Below are positions 30,052-38,340 of a stretch of 64,000 nucleotides of DNA, piece by piece. Each line of letters opens with the position of its first letter. Position 1 is the first letter of the stretch. Origin of the DNA: Balneolaceae bacterium. Lineage in GTDB: Bacteria > Bacteroidota > Rhodothermia > Balneolales > Balneolaceae. The notes beneath the pieces are model-generated. The model saw only the letters and a program-made list of their open reading frames with translations, did not search any database and was not told the origin of the DNA. Position numbers and translations under genes: made by a program. The stretch is from assembly GCA_040882525.1 (NCBI GenBank), contig JBBEBD010000056.1, positions 7,451-71,450 on the forward strand. Reading direction: 5' to 3'.

Positions 30052-31074
30052 TTAATAAAACCTGACCTCCGAGCCACTTCGCTTAAATTCTATCTCCATA
30101 GCCATCGCAACCACAGCCAGAACTTCATCCAGTTCGGCGTACTGGAAAGTTCCGGTATATGGAATTTCCATCAGATCTGCATTGGCTCCTTCAATATTCA
30201 CATTAAATCTTCGTTCAATATCACGTATCACCTGACGGAAAGGAGCATTTTCGAAATGTAATCCGCCCAGAGTCCATCTCAGATGATTCGTTACATTCGT
30301 GCTTTGGGCTGGAGAAGGCCCTGCCCCTTTTTTAACACTCGTGTATAACCCTTTGGTGAGAATAACTTGTGAAAGATCACTACTCTGTTCAGCTAAAGAT
30401 CCCACAGCTACTTTACCCTGCCGTACAGCCACTTCCACAGCAGAGTCTTCATTCCAGCCCCTCACGTTAAATTCCGTCCCCAAAACCTCAACTTCCGCAT
30501 CCTGGGCATAGACGATAAATGGATGATCTTCATCATGGGCAACTTCAAAATAAGCTTCACCTTCAAGGTACACTTCCCGTTTGGGACCGTGAAATTCCTG
30601 GGGGAAACGTATGGAGCTGGCTGAATTCAATGTTACTTTTGTTCCATCAGAAAATGTTACCCGTGCTTTTTCTCCTCTTTCCGTTTCAAACGTCTGCATC
30701 ACATAGAAATCGGAAATTTTTTCAGTATCGTCACTATTTGTCAATGTGTATTGCATAAAAACCCCTGCAAAAACCGATACTAAAATAACGGCCGCTGTTC
30801 GTAACATATAAAGCGGAGCCTTTGACACCTTTCGGGAAACAATTTTGGCTTTCTGCTTGCCATAGCGGTACTGAAATTCTTCCCAAGCCTGCTGTGCATC
30901 AACTTCAAAATTCTCGGGTGGGGTTAAATTCCAAATCTCCTGAATTTCCTGAATAAGCTTTTTGTTTTCAGGATCTTCATCTATCCATTTTTTCAGCAGC
31001 CGTCTCTCCTCCGGCCCGGCGTTACCCGTTACATATCGCTGAATTGCTATCCAATGTTTGCGATCTATATTCAA
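30052..31074 (-). CDS. FecR-family anti-sigma factor
   Basis: 340 aa. It has an N-terminal anti-sigma helix region (IQRYVTGNAGPEERRLLKKWIDEDPENKKL), a single TM segment and a periplasmic FecR domain (LEGEAYFEVAHDEDHPFIVYAQDAEVEVLGTEFNVR). The start codon at 31072-31074 is TTG; no in-frame ATG occurs before the TM segment. Confidence 0.85.
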   Translation of the reverse strand: MNIDRKHWIAIQRYVTGNAGPEERRLLKKWIDEDPENKKLIQEIQEIWNLTPPENFEVDAQQAWEEFQYRYGKQKAKIVSRKVSKAPLYMLRTAAVILVSVFAGVFMQYTLTNSDDTEKISDFYVMQTFETERGEKARVTFSDGTKVTLNSASSIRFPQEFHGPKREVYLEGEAYFEVAHDEDHPFIVYAQDAEVEVLGTEFNVRGWNEDSAVEVAVRQGKVAVGSLAEQSSDLSQVILTKGLYTSVKKGAGPSPAQSTNVTNHLRWTLGGLHFENAPFRQVIRDIERRFNVNIEGANADLMEIPYTGTFQYAELDEVLAVVAMAMEIEFKRSGSEVRFY

Positions 31075-31155
31075 ACCTTTCTGATTTAGTTTAATTTCAT
31101 TTCATTGATTTGGTACTTCTTACTATTCATAACAACCGAAAAAAGAAACACCCTT

Positions 31156-31201
31156 AAAAAAAAATTAAAATCCCGGACAAGTAACTTTTCGTCCGGGATT
31201 T
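31156..31201 (-). terminator. strong Rho-independent terminator between sigma and anti-sigma genes
   Basis: The minus strand reads AAATCCCGGAC-gaaaagttactt-GTCCGGGATTT followed by TAATTTTTTTTT. This is an 11-bp stem plus a U-tract. Confidence 0.6.
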
Positions 31202-31340
31202 ACTATATGAATGAATTCGTCGGCTTAGACGAGTTACACATTAAATACAATCCAAAAATGCGCTCCCCTGTAATTTTTTTGAAAGGCTGTTAAGAAATGG
31301 TTCAGTAATGTATATACCTCCGAACCACAATTGCACTTCC

Positions 31341-31467
31341 TGTTACACCGCAGGAATGGCTTTTGGCGGGTAAGCCGAAACGTGGGTATTACCCGCCATC
31401 TTAACCCGGCGATCCTATCATGTCGAGCGAAGCCGGGACATCTCCCGGTTATCGGATGGAGTTTTTT
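31341..31467 (+). repeat. copy 1 of a GC-rich structured intergenic repeat
   Basis: TGTTACACCGCAGGAATGG...GGCGGGTAA-(15 nt)-TTACCCGCC...CTCCCGGTTATCGGATGGAGTTTTTT. It shares its 5' box, internal hairpin and 3' hairpin plus T-run with copy 2. Confidence 0.6.
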
Positions 31468-31652
31468 AACGTAATTCCTTCCCAGCACAAAGAGATATCG
31501 CTAACGCGGGGAAAAGATGAGCTCACTCCGGCCTGCCGGAAAAGCACCGTCAGTCCTGCGTTTCCCCTGTTACTACACCGGGGGCAGGCGAGATGACAGG
31601 GCGCTGGTGTACTACCGCGGCGTATGCGTCTCCCTGCCATAACCACGTCCCG

Positions 31653-31821
31653 TGTAACGCCGCAGGAATGGTTTGGCGGGTGAATTGGAACAGGGTTTTG
31701 GGGAAAGATTTTATTACCCGCCGCTGTCAAACAATGCCCTGTCTTCCCGACCGGAATGGAACCGAACGCATGTGAGGTAAAATGGAGCGGAGGGATCTCC
31801 CGGTTATCGGACGGAGTTTTT
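31653..31821 (+). repeat. copy 2 of the GC-rich structured intergenic repeat
   Basis: TGTAACGCCGCAGGAATGG...GGCGGGT-(33 nt)-ACCCGCC...CTCCCGGTTATCGGACGGAGTTTTT. A third partial 5' box (TGTTACTACACCG) lies at about 31568. Confidence 0.6.
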
Positions 31822-31873
31822 AAAACATATGCCCGGAACAGGAAAAGCCTTCCTCTTTTTTAAGAACAATCTT

Positions 31874-32470
31874 CTACCCTGCCAGAGAAACAATCATCAG
31901 AATAGGCAGCAAATAGGATAATTTTTTCCGCAGTATCTTTAAGGTACGGGTCATTTGCGATTCTACGGTTTTAACAGAGACTTCCATTACATCAGCAATC
32001 TCTTCATATGTTAATCCGTCATAACGGTGAAGTTTATAAGTCATTTTGCTGCGTTCAGGCAGCTCTTCAATAGCTGTTGTAATAGCTTTCCTGATTTTCT
32101 GCTCCCTGTACCTCTCCTGAATTTCAATTTCAGGATTTTCTTTCTGATCCATCCACTGTCTGTCATATTTATCTTTTACTTCCTGGTGTTTAATGTGGTT
32201 TAAAGACAAATTTCTCATGGATTTATATAAATAAGAACGGATAGAGCCTTCTGTATCCCACGATTCACGTTTTTCCCACAAAATGGCAAACAGTTCCTGA
32301 GCCAGTTCTTCTGCAATGGCTTTTGATCTAACATAACGCCAGGCAAAACGCGTTAAAGGCTGGTAGTATTTTTTGAACAAAATTTCGAACGCTCTCTCGT
32401 CTCCCTTTTGGATATTTTCTATCCAAAACTCATCATCATGGTTGTTACTATTGTTGTTAAATACTGACAT
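31874..32470 (-). CDS. ECF-type RNA polymerase sigma-70 factor
   Basis: 198 aa. Region 2 (ERAFEILFKKYYQPLTRFAWRYVRSKAIAEELAQELFAILW) and region 4 (LPERSKMTYKLHRYDGLTYEEIADVMEVSVKTVESQMTRTL) are both recognisable. Confidence 0.9.
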   Translation of the reverse strand: MSVFNNNSNNHDDEFWIENIQKGDERAFEILFKKYYQPLTRFAWRYVRSKAIAEELAQELFAILWEKRESWDTEGSIRSYLYKSMRNLSLNHIKHQEVKDKYDRQWMDQKENPEIEIQERYREQKIRKAITTAIEELPERSKMTYKLHRYDGLTYEEIADVMEVSVKTVESQMTRTLKILRKKLSYLLPILMIVSLAG

Positions 32471-32945
32471 TTCTATTAAAGGAAGTTGAGCACGAGAGTT
32501 GCTGACACCAAAAATTTTTTACAAAAAATGAAAGGAATTGAAAGTTTTCAAATTAATAATTAACCTAAGCAGGTCTCAACCTACAAAAAAATTAGTATTA
32601 ATTAACAATAATTATCTCTTTTATTTTTTTTCAAATGCTTGCTCCCATTCAATATATCATCGAAAAATGATGAAAAACATTACAATGTTTTGATATAACC
32701 TGCTGTAATTATTCAAGGTTCTAAACCGGGAATCAGCTCCAATTATTTATTCCGTTTGACAGGTACTCCCCTTATGGCGTGATATTATTCACAGGCACTT
32801 TGATTTCGAATTATAACTACCTGCCCTTACCTCACAGACCCAAAATCAGCTTGTAGTGCAAGGACCGGACCTTCGCATTTTCGGCTGTTCATGATCATCA
32901 GCCGGAAGTGTTGAACACTTACAAATTTCAATAACCGAAACTGGT

Positions 32946-33590
32946 TTATTTCATCGGGTTCTGAATGAACTCCCCCGCAAATTGGCTGTCAGAGCTTCGC
33001 TTTCGATCCATGGATTGAACACAGGAATAAACGTAAATAACCTCATTCCGGAACTCATCGGGAATTTTAAGAACGGCTTCTTCATCCATTCGGGCGGCGG
33101 CATTAAATCGATAGTCAATCTTATTCAGTGCTGGTGATATCGCAAGCAGAAGCACCTGGTCATCGCGTTTGGCTCTGTCTGTATATTCATATTTCCATGA
33201 AAAGGATAGATGCCCCTGCTCCGTGCGTTCAGCTTTTAGTTCCTGCAGCGGTTCCAGAACTCCGGCAGAGAGGATCAGCTTACGGTAGTCTGCTTCAAAA
33301 CCATTTTCAGTCTCCTTCATCGCTTCCTTAATATTCAGTGAAATAAATCGATTATAGGACGTACGCCCCGGCTCTGTCAGCAGCGAATGCCGGTGAAAAT
33401 CCAACAGCAAAGAACTCAATGTTGAAGTGACACCAAAACGGCTTTTCGCCGCTTTTTGCTTTGGCGTATTTGGATGTTTCACTGTTGCCGGCCTCGATTT
33501 TATATAAATCGTACTGCCTCGCCGGGATGCAACCACCGGCCCGATTTTTCCCAAAAAAGCACCCAGTATCCCATCTTTTAATTTTGCCAT
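32946..33590 (-). CDS. hypothetical protein, DUF6266-like
   Basis: 214-aa ORF with no signal peptide. The N-terminus MAKLKDGILGAFLGKIGPVVASRRGSTIYIKSRP resembles my recollection of the Bacteroidota-restricted DUF6266 family. The gene is isolated by 475-bp and 600-bp non-coding flanks. Confidence 0.55.
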   Translation of the reverse strand: MAKLKDGILGAFLGKIGPVVASRRGSTIYIKSRPATVKHPNTPKQKAAKSRFGVTSTLSSLLLDFHRHSLLTEPGRTSYNRFISLNIKEAMKETENGFEADYRKLILSAGVLEPLQELKAERTEQGHLSFSWKYEYTDRAKRDDQVLLLAISPALNKIDYRFNAAARMDEEAVLKIPDEFRNEVIYVYSCVQSMDRKRSSDSQFAGEFIQNPMK

Positions 33591-33723
33591 TTTACATCCT
33601 CGTATGTGTTAAAGGTTTTTCCACTCTGCACCCATCCTTGCCCCTTGAATATGAGCACTTTTTCTGCTCATGATTAGTTCAATTTAGATAAGTATCAATT
33701 ACAGATCAAATAGTTATCTATTA

Positions 33724-33769
33724 CGTATAGAAACGGTTTTTATACGTAGCTTATACGGAGACTATACGT
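33724..33769. promoter_or_regulatory. cluster of TATACG repeats (putative protein-binding iterons) upstream of the DUF6266-like gene
   Basis: Direct TATACG copies occur at 33741, 33753 and 33764, spaced 12 and 11 bp apart. One inverted copy (CGTATA) lies at 33724-33729. The cluster is about 135-180 bp upstream of the ATG at 33590. Confidence 0.35.
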
Positions 33770-33859
33770 AATTGATATGGAGTATATTTCATGTATTTAT
33801 GAGGAAATTGCAAGGAATTTGACAACGGTTTATGGGTTATTCACAGCCGAATTATTGAT

Positions 33860-33892
33860 AAAAAAACCTCCAGGTTCCCGCAGACCTGAAGG
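33860..33892 (-). terminator. Rho-independent terminator downstream of the propeller/cytochrome c gene
   Basis: The minus strand reads CCTTCAGGT-ctgcggga-ACCTGGAGG followed by TTTTTTT. This is a 9-bp stem with one G-U pair. Confidence 0.55.
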
Positions 33893-34190
33893 TCGCTCCT
33901 TAAAGGGTTATTGACTAATGACCGGCAATTGCATCTTTTCCTTTTTACCCACACAAATCAAACATAGAGCCTTATTCAAATAACTCTCTTGACAAAAGCT
34001 GGGCGATTGGTATTCGACCGCTTGCTGGGCGACGCCATCAGGCTGGCGGAGGAGGGATATTTATAGCAAGCCTTATCCCAATCATATACTGAACACCAGT
34101 AAACATCAGGTCATCACTTTTTCAGTCAATGATGTTCACCACATCCCAGGGTTTCACCTTAATTGTCTGTATGGTAAAACCGGACAAAGA

Positions 34191-36116
34191 CTAATCATTC
34201 AGGGAATTAATCCATTCGGCAATTTTTAGAGCCTCTTCTTCGGGAACAAAGGTCATTGGCGGCATTGGTGTAGAATAATCCGGCCAGTTCGAAAGGTCCG
34301 GATTATACATCAGCTCGACCATCTCTTCGTTGGAATAATTTCGTTCAGCTATCTCCGTAAACGCCGGACCCACCTGGCGCTGTTCTGTATTGTGGCAGGA
34401 TGTGCAGGTGTACCGGGTCAGGAGCGGCCTTATGGTTTCGTAGTCGGGTGCTTCTTCATCCGCAGTTCTTTCATCTGCGGTTTCAGACGGAGTATCCCCT
34501 TCATCTCCTTCCGCCGAGTTAAAGGTACTTACATCACTCAAGGCCAGTTTTTCACCGGCGGGTATTTTATTCAGCGTATAGTAGGCGGAACTGTGCAGCA
34601 GCGGCAGGCTTTCGTCCTCCGACCTTATTCCATCCAGCTCTATGTGATGGATATAATTTTTGCGCGTATTTTCGACAACGATCCGTACTTCCAGCCCGTC
34701 ATCGGATACCTGCACTCCGCTGACCTCCGCTGTGCCTAAATCAACCGGCGGACTGCCATAGACCGGATTATACTTATAAATATATGTGGATACAGCGTAT
34801 GAGGCCAGGTCTTCGGCAGATTCGCGGTCAACCGGTTGGGTAAAGGTTACTTTGAAGCCATCAGGCGCAGCACGTACATTCTTCATTTCAAATGGTACCG
34901 GCCCGTTCCACACGAGTCTTTGAAGGCCTTCATCAGCATCTCCGGCTGATCCCCATCCGCGGTTGGTTTCTCCCACGAAAATAGATCCGTCATCGGCCCA
35001 TGCCATCCGCAACACTCCCGACTGAAAGCCACTGCGGAAATCGAAGGCGGCTCCCTGGTACGTTCCATCCACCTTTTCTAAATCGATGCGCATGATTTTA
35101 CTTTGTCCCTGGTCTCCTACCAGTACCTGTCCTTCAAATGGACCGAAATATCCTTCCGGAATTTTCTGTATATCCGAATTTGAGATACCGAGGATTCCAT
35201 GCGGAAGCCACACAGCGGGGGTTTTCAGTTCAGGAAGTGACTCCTGAACGCCAAACATCGTAGTGTAATCCTCCTCATCCCGGATGTCTTCCGGCTTGAT
35301 GTACCTTCCCTCCTCATTTTTCTCTATGCGAGGATCAACATACTCGTAGAACTGTTCAGCCGTAAGATCCAGTGGTGATCCCGGTTCGCCCGTCCACCGC
35401 AGGCCCGCTGGATGCCCGGTAAAATCTCCTTCCTCAACATGCCATATACCGCCGGAACCGATGTAGTCGCCCTGATTTTCTGCATAAAAAAGATCCCCGT
35501 CGATCATACCAAGCCCCGCCGGAGAACGCATTCCCGTGGCCCACGGTGTCATTTCTCCGTCTTCAGTAATCCGCATCATCCATCCTCTCCAGGGTACCCG
35601 GCTTTCTCCGCGCCACCATTCCTCATCGCCAAAGGCAACGTTTCCGGATACAAAAAAGGATCCGTCAGGCGCGATAACCGGTCCAAAACTATATTCGTGA
35701 TAGTGTCCCGACAAAGGCCAGGAATATACTGTTTCCATCAGGTCGGCCCTGCCGTCTGAATTTGTATCCTGAAGGCGGGTCAGTTCACCGCGCTGCGCAC
35801 AATAAAGCGCACCGTCTTTCCAGGCCAACCCCAGTACTTCGTGTAAACCGCTGGCAAACCTCCGGAAATAGGGATTGCTGCTCGTCGGATTCTCAACAAT
35901 AAAGATATCCCCTCTCCGTGTGGCTACAGCTAAGTCACCACCGGGCAACACCGCCAGGCCTCCCACCTCCAGCAGGTAATCCTCAGGACTGACAACATCC
36001 ATAATTTGATAATAATCATCTTCCTGCGGATCATTCTGGGCACCAACCGGTATGCTGATCAAAAGAATAAGGACAGACAGAATATAAAAACGCGTATAAC
36101 GGATAGTCGGGTTCAT
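34191..36116 (-). CDS. secreted beta-propeller (glucose/sorbosone-dehydrogenase-like) protein with C-terminal class I cytochrome c domain
   Basis: 641 aa with a signal peptide. A propeller-type region is present (GGLAVLPGGDLAVATRRGDIFIVEN...GLHEVLGLAWKDGALYCAQRGELTRLQDTNSDGRAD...). The C-terminal heme motif CTSCHNTEQRQVGPAFTEIAERNY...PMPPM is cytochrome c551/c552-like. Confidence 0.8.
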   Translation of the reverse strand: MNPTIRYTRFYILSVLILLISIPVGAQNDPQEDDYYQIMDVVSPEDYLLEVGGLAVLPGGDLAVATRRGDIFIVENPTSSNPYFRRFASGLHEVLGLAWKDGALYCAQRGELTRLQDTNSDGRADLMETVYSWPLSGHYHEYSFGPVIAPDGSFFVSGNVAFGDEEWWRGESRVPWRGWMMRITEDGEMTPWATGMRSPAGLGMIDGDLFYAENQGDYIGSGGIWHVEEGDFTGHPAGLRWTGEPGSPLDLTAEQFYEYVDPRIEKNEEGRYIKPEDIRDEEDYTTMFGVQESLPELKTPAVWLPHGILGISNSDIQKIPEGYFGPFEGQVLVGDQGQSKIMRIDLEKVDGTYQGAAFDFRSGFQSGVLRMAWADDGSIFVGETNRGWGSAGDADEGLQRLVWNGPVPFEMKNVRAAPDGFKVTFTQPVDRESAEDLASYAVSTYIYKYNPVYGSPPVDLGTAEVSGVQVSDDGLEVRIVVENTRKNYIHHIELDGIRSEDESLPLLHSSAYYTLNKIPAGEKLALSDVSTFNSAEGDEGDTPSETADERTADEEAPDYETIRPLLTRYTCTSCHNTEQRQVGPAFTEIAERNYSNEEMVELMYNPDLSNWPDYSTPMPPMTFVPEEEALKIAEWINSLND

Positions 36117-36128
36117 ATAGCCTAATAT

Positions 36129-37949
36129 TTAAAAAAGAATTGTATAGTTTAAAGCAGACTGTACCGGAACCAGAAGCTCCTGGTGGTCCTCCACAGTTCG
36201 AACGACCGGTTCAGAATCAACCGGATCATCCAGCCGGAGATAATAGGAATGATCGTCAATCAGGTATTGGTTGTTTTCATCCTTTTCAATAGTACTTCCC
36301 GTCGCCAGCCGGATGTACAGACCATCGGGTGGATTCTCCACTGTTATGGATCTGCGAAGTCCCTTTCCGTCATCCACCACCCGGATTTCATCGTTGACAA
36401 CTGCCCCGTAAATCTCATATATAAACACCGGTTTATCATTTTGGTCAATCCGGTAACCCCGCGACCTGAAACCCGTACCTGCCGTATCGGCTGCCCAGGA
36501 CGCCTGTCCCTTTTCAAGTTTACTAATGGCCAGTGAGGGTTTTGGAATCAGGTGTTCGACCGTACCTTCCGGCCGGGAGGAACCATCACCCCTGTTGTAC
36601 CACATTGGAGTTGTGTTCAGGAAATCACCCCGCCATACCTGGACCAGGCTGCCATGATTCAGATCGTAGGTATAGTGCAATTTTTCCATACTGCTGATAG
36701 ATACGGCATGGGTAACCCTGCTGCCATCCGGCAGATCCATAAAACTGCGCAGCAGTGGTTTATCAGCCGCTCTGGCGTAGATGGCCCTTCCTCCTCTCCG
36801 GCCCGTAACCCTCTCGTCACTCAGCACGTGTCTGCGAAGCCCCTCACCCGAGACGGCAAATTCCAGGTAAAGACTTCCACCGCGGGACTGCCTGGCATAT
36901 AAAAGCTCGAATGGTATTGCGCCTTCAGGCAGATTTACCGATCCCTCATTATCATCGATATCTACTATCTCATCACCGTCAACCCGCAGCAAAGCGGCCC
37001 CGCCTGCACCATTCAGGCTGAACAGGTAATCCCCCGCAGCGGAGGTATGAATCGTGCCCCGGTAACGAATCAGAAATTGTTCTGGCATAAGCTCCGGAGC
37101 GGATATAAGTCGTTCGGTTTCGCCGGATTTTACAGCCATCAGCGTATCCAGGTCTGGTTCTTCTGAAAAGGCTCCTTCATAAATTTCGTATTCCAGATCT
37201 GACAGCACCGGGACAGGCCAGTCGTAATTCGTAATATTTATGTTTCGAAAAGCTACCGCACCATGATCCCCCTGAATACGCAAAGGCCCCTGTGCCACTT
37301 CATCATCGCCTGCAGCACCCCGGGTCGGCCCGGATAGTTCAACATCTTCGTGTATCGTAACTCCGTTTAATTTCGCACTGATAATTCTGGCATTCTCTGT
37401 TTTATTTCCCGTTTCATCAAATCGGGGGGCCTGGAAAGAAACCTTCAGATTCTGCCATACACCCGGTGCCCGGCTTGCGTTTTGACGGGGAGGATAACCC
37501 TCATACCCTTTTTGGCCTTCCGGGCGGCTTTCATCCCAGCGTTCATAAATACCTCCGTTATCACCGGCTCCCGGTACTTTAACGGCCCAGCTGTCCAGCA
37601 GCTGTATCTCATATCGACCCTGCAGATAAATGCCGGAGTTTGAATCTTTCGCCATCATAAAATCCAGCTCCAGGTCGATATCACCATGTTCAGAAGCGGT
37701 ATACAGATCCTGGCCCCGGTTCTCTCCCGGATGGTTTACCAGTACACCGGTACCATCCCCTGTCCGGAATACATTGGCCTCCTCCAGCGATGCCCTCACC
37801 TCTCCTGCTATTTGCCAGCTCTGCCCGGGATTATCGAAAGCGGACAGGTCAGTCAGTTCTAAGTTCTGAGCCTGAATTCCAAAACTAAACAGAAACAGAA
37901 CAGCAATACTATTTAACGTACAGAACAAAAAATTCTGGAAAGATTTCAT
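36129..37949 (-). CDS. secreted DUF1080 (3-keto-disaccharide-hydrolase-like) + PA14-like domain protein
   Basis: 606 aa with a signal peptide. The N-terminal part is DUF1080-like (DLELDFMMAKDSNSGIYLQGRYEIQLLDSW...GGIYERWD...GPLRIQGDHGAVAFRNINI). A PA14-like region follows (YEIYEGAFSEEPDLDTL...FLIRYRGTIHTSAAGDYLF). Its stop is 13 nt upstream of the propeller/cytochrome c gene. Confidence 0.75.
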   Translation of the reverse strand: MKSFQNFLFCTLNSIAVLFLFSFGIQAQNLELTDLSAFDNPGQSWQIAGEVRASLEEANVFRTGDGTGVLVNHPGENRGQDLYTASEHGDIDLELDFMMAKDSNSGIYLQGRYEIQLLDSWAVKVPGAGDNGGIYERWDESRPEGQKGYEGYPPRQNASRAPGVWQNLKVSFQAPRFDETGNKTENARIISAKLNGVTIHEDVELSGPTRGAAGDDEVAQGPLRIQGDHGAVAFRNINITNYDWPVPVLSDLEYEIYEGAFSEEPDLDTLMAVKSGETERLISAPELMPEQFLIRYRGTIHTSAAGDYLFSLNGAGGAALLRVDGDEIVDIDDNEGSVNLPEGAIPFELLYARQSRGGSLYLEFAVSGEGLRRHVLSDERVTGRRGGRAIYARAADKPLLRSFMDLPDGSRVTHAVSISSMEKLHYTYDLNHGSLVQVWRGDFLNTTPMWYNRGDGSSRPEGTVEHLIPKPSLAISKLEKGQASWAADTAGTGFRSRGYRIDQNDKPVFIYEIYGAVVNDEIRVVDDGKGLRRSITVENPPDGLYIRLATGSTIEKDENNQYLIDDHSYYLRLDDPVDSEPVVRTVEDHQELLVPVQSALNYTILF

Positions 37950-38147
37950 TTATTATCAACCGGTTAAAATTTTAGTTGTACTAATCTATTGCTGGATATT
38001 AAAAAAGGCAATCGATCTTTGCCGGAAAAAGTTGACAGCCGGTTTTCTCAGACTGCTTATGATTTGCACGGATCTATCTTTAATAAATCAGATTATTTGA
38101 TGAAAAAAGTAAACTGCCTGTGCGTCACTTTACGGATTCACTCTCTT

Positions 38148-38303
38148 TTAATCTGTTTCACCATCCGACTCACTTCTTATCTTTCGGAATTCTCTGATCC
38201 CTTCTCCGATTCCACGAGCCAGTCCCGGAAGACGTTTTGCGCCAAATAGTAAAACTATTGCAAAAATAATCAGAACCCATTCAAAACCGCCTAATGCTCC
38301 CAT
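38148..38303 (-). CDS. tatA: twin-arginine translocase subunit TatA/E
   Basis: 51-aa ORF below the track cutoff: MGALGGFEWVLIIFAIVLLFGAKRLPGLARGIGEGIREFRKIRSESDGETD. It has the canonical TatA TM helix, FG hinge and amphipathic helix. AGGAG lies 6 nt upstream of the ATG. Confidence 0.85.
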   Translation of the reverse strand: MGALGGFEWVLIIFAIVLLFGAKRLPGLARGIGEGIREFRKIRSESDGETD

Positions 38304-38340
38304 ACAAACTCCTGTTTAGCTGCTATTTTTATGTTGATTG

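Noticed and set aside
31234-31775. Track ORFs 31234..31488 (-), 31449..31730 (-) and 31593..31775 (+) as coding genes in the sigma/anti-sigma spacer
   Set aside because: Their similar-looking peptide pieces are translations of the nucleotide repeats. They are Arg/Cys/Pro-rich, show no family resemblance, overlap each other and span hairpins and a terminator.
31341-31821. CRISPR array
   Set aside because: There are only two to three copies, the units are 130-170 nt with variable internal length, there is no short regular repeat/spacer periodicity, and no cas genes are in the window.
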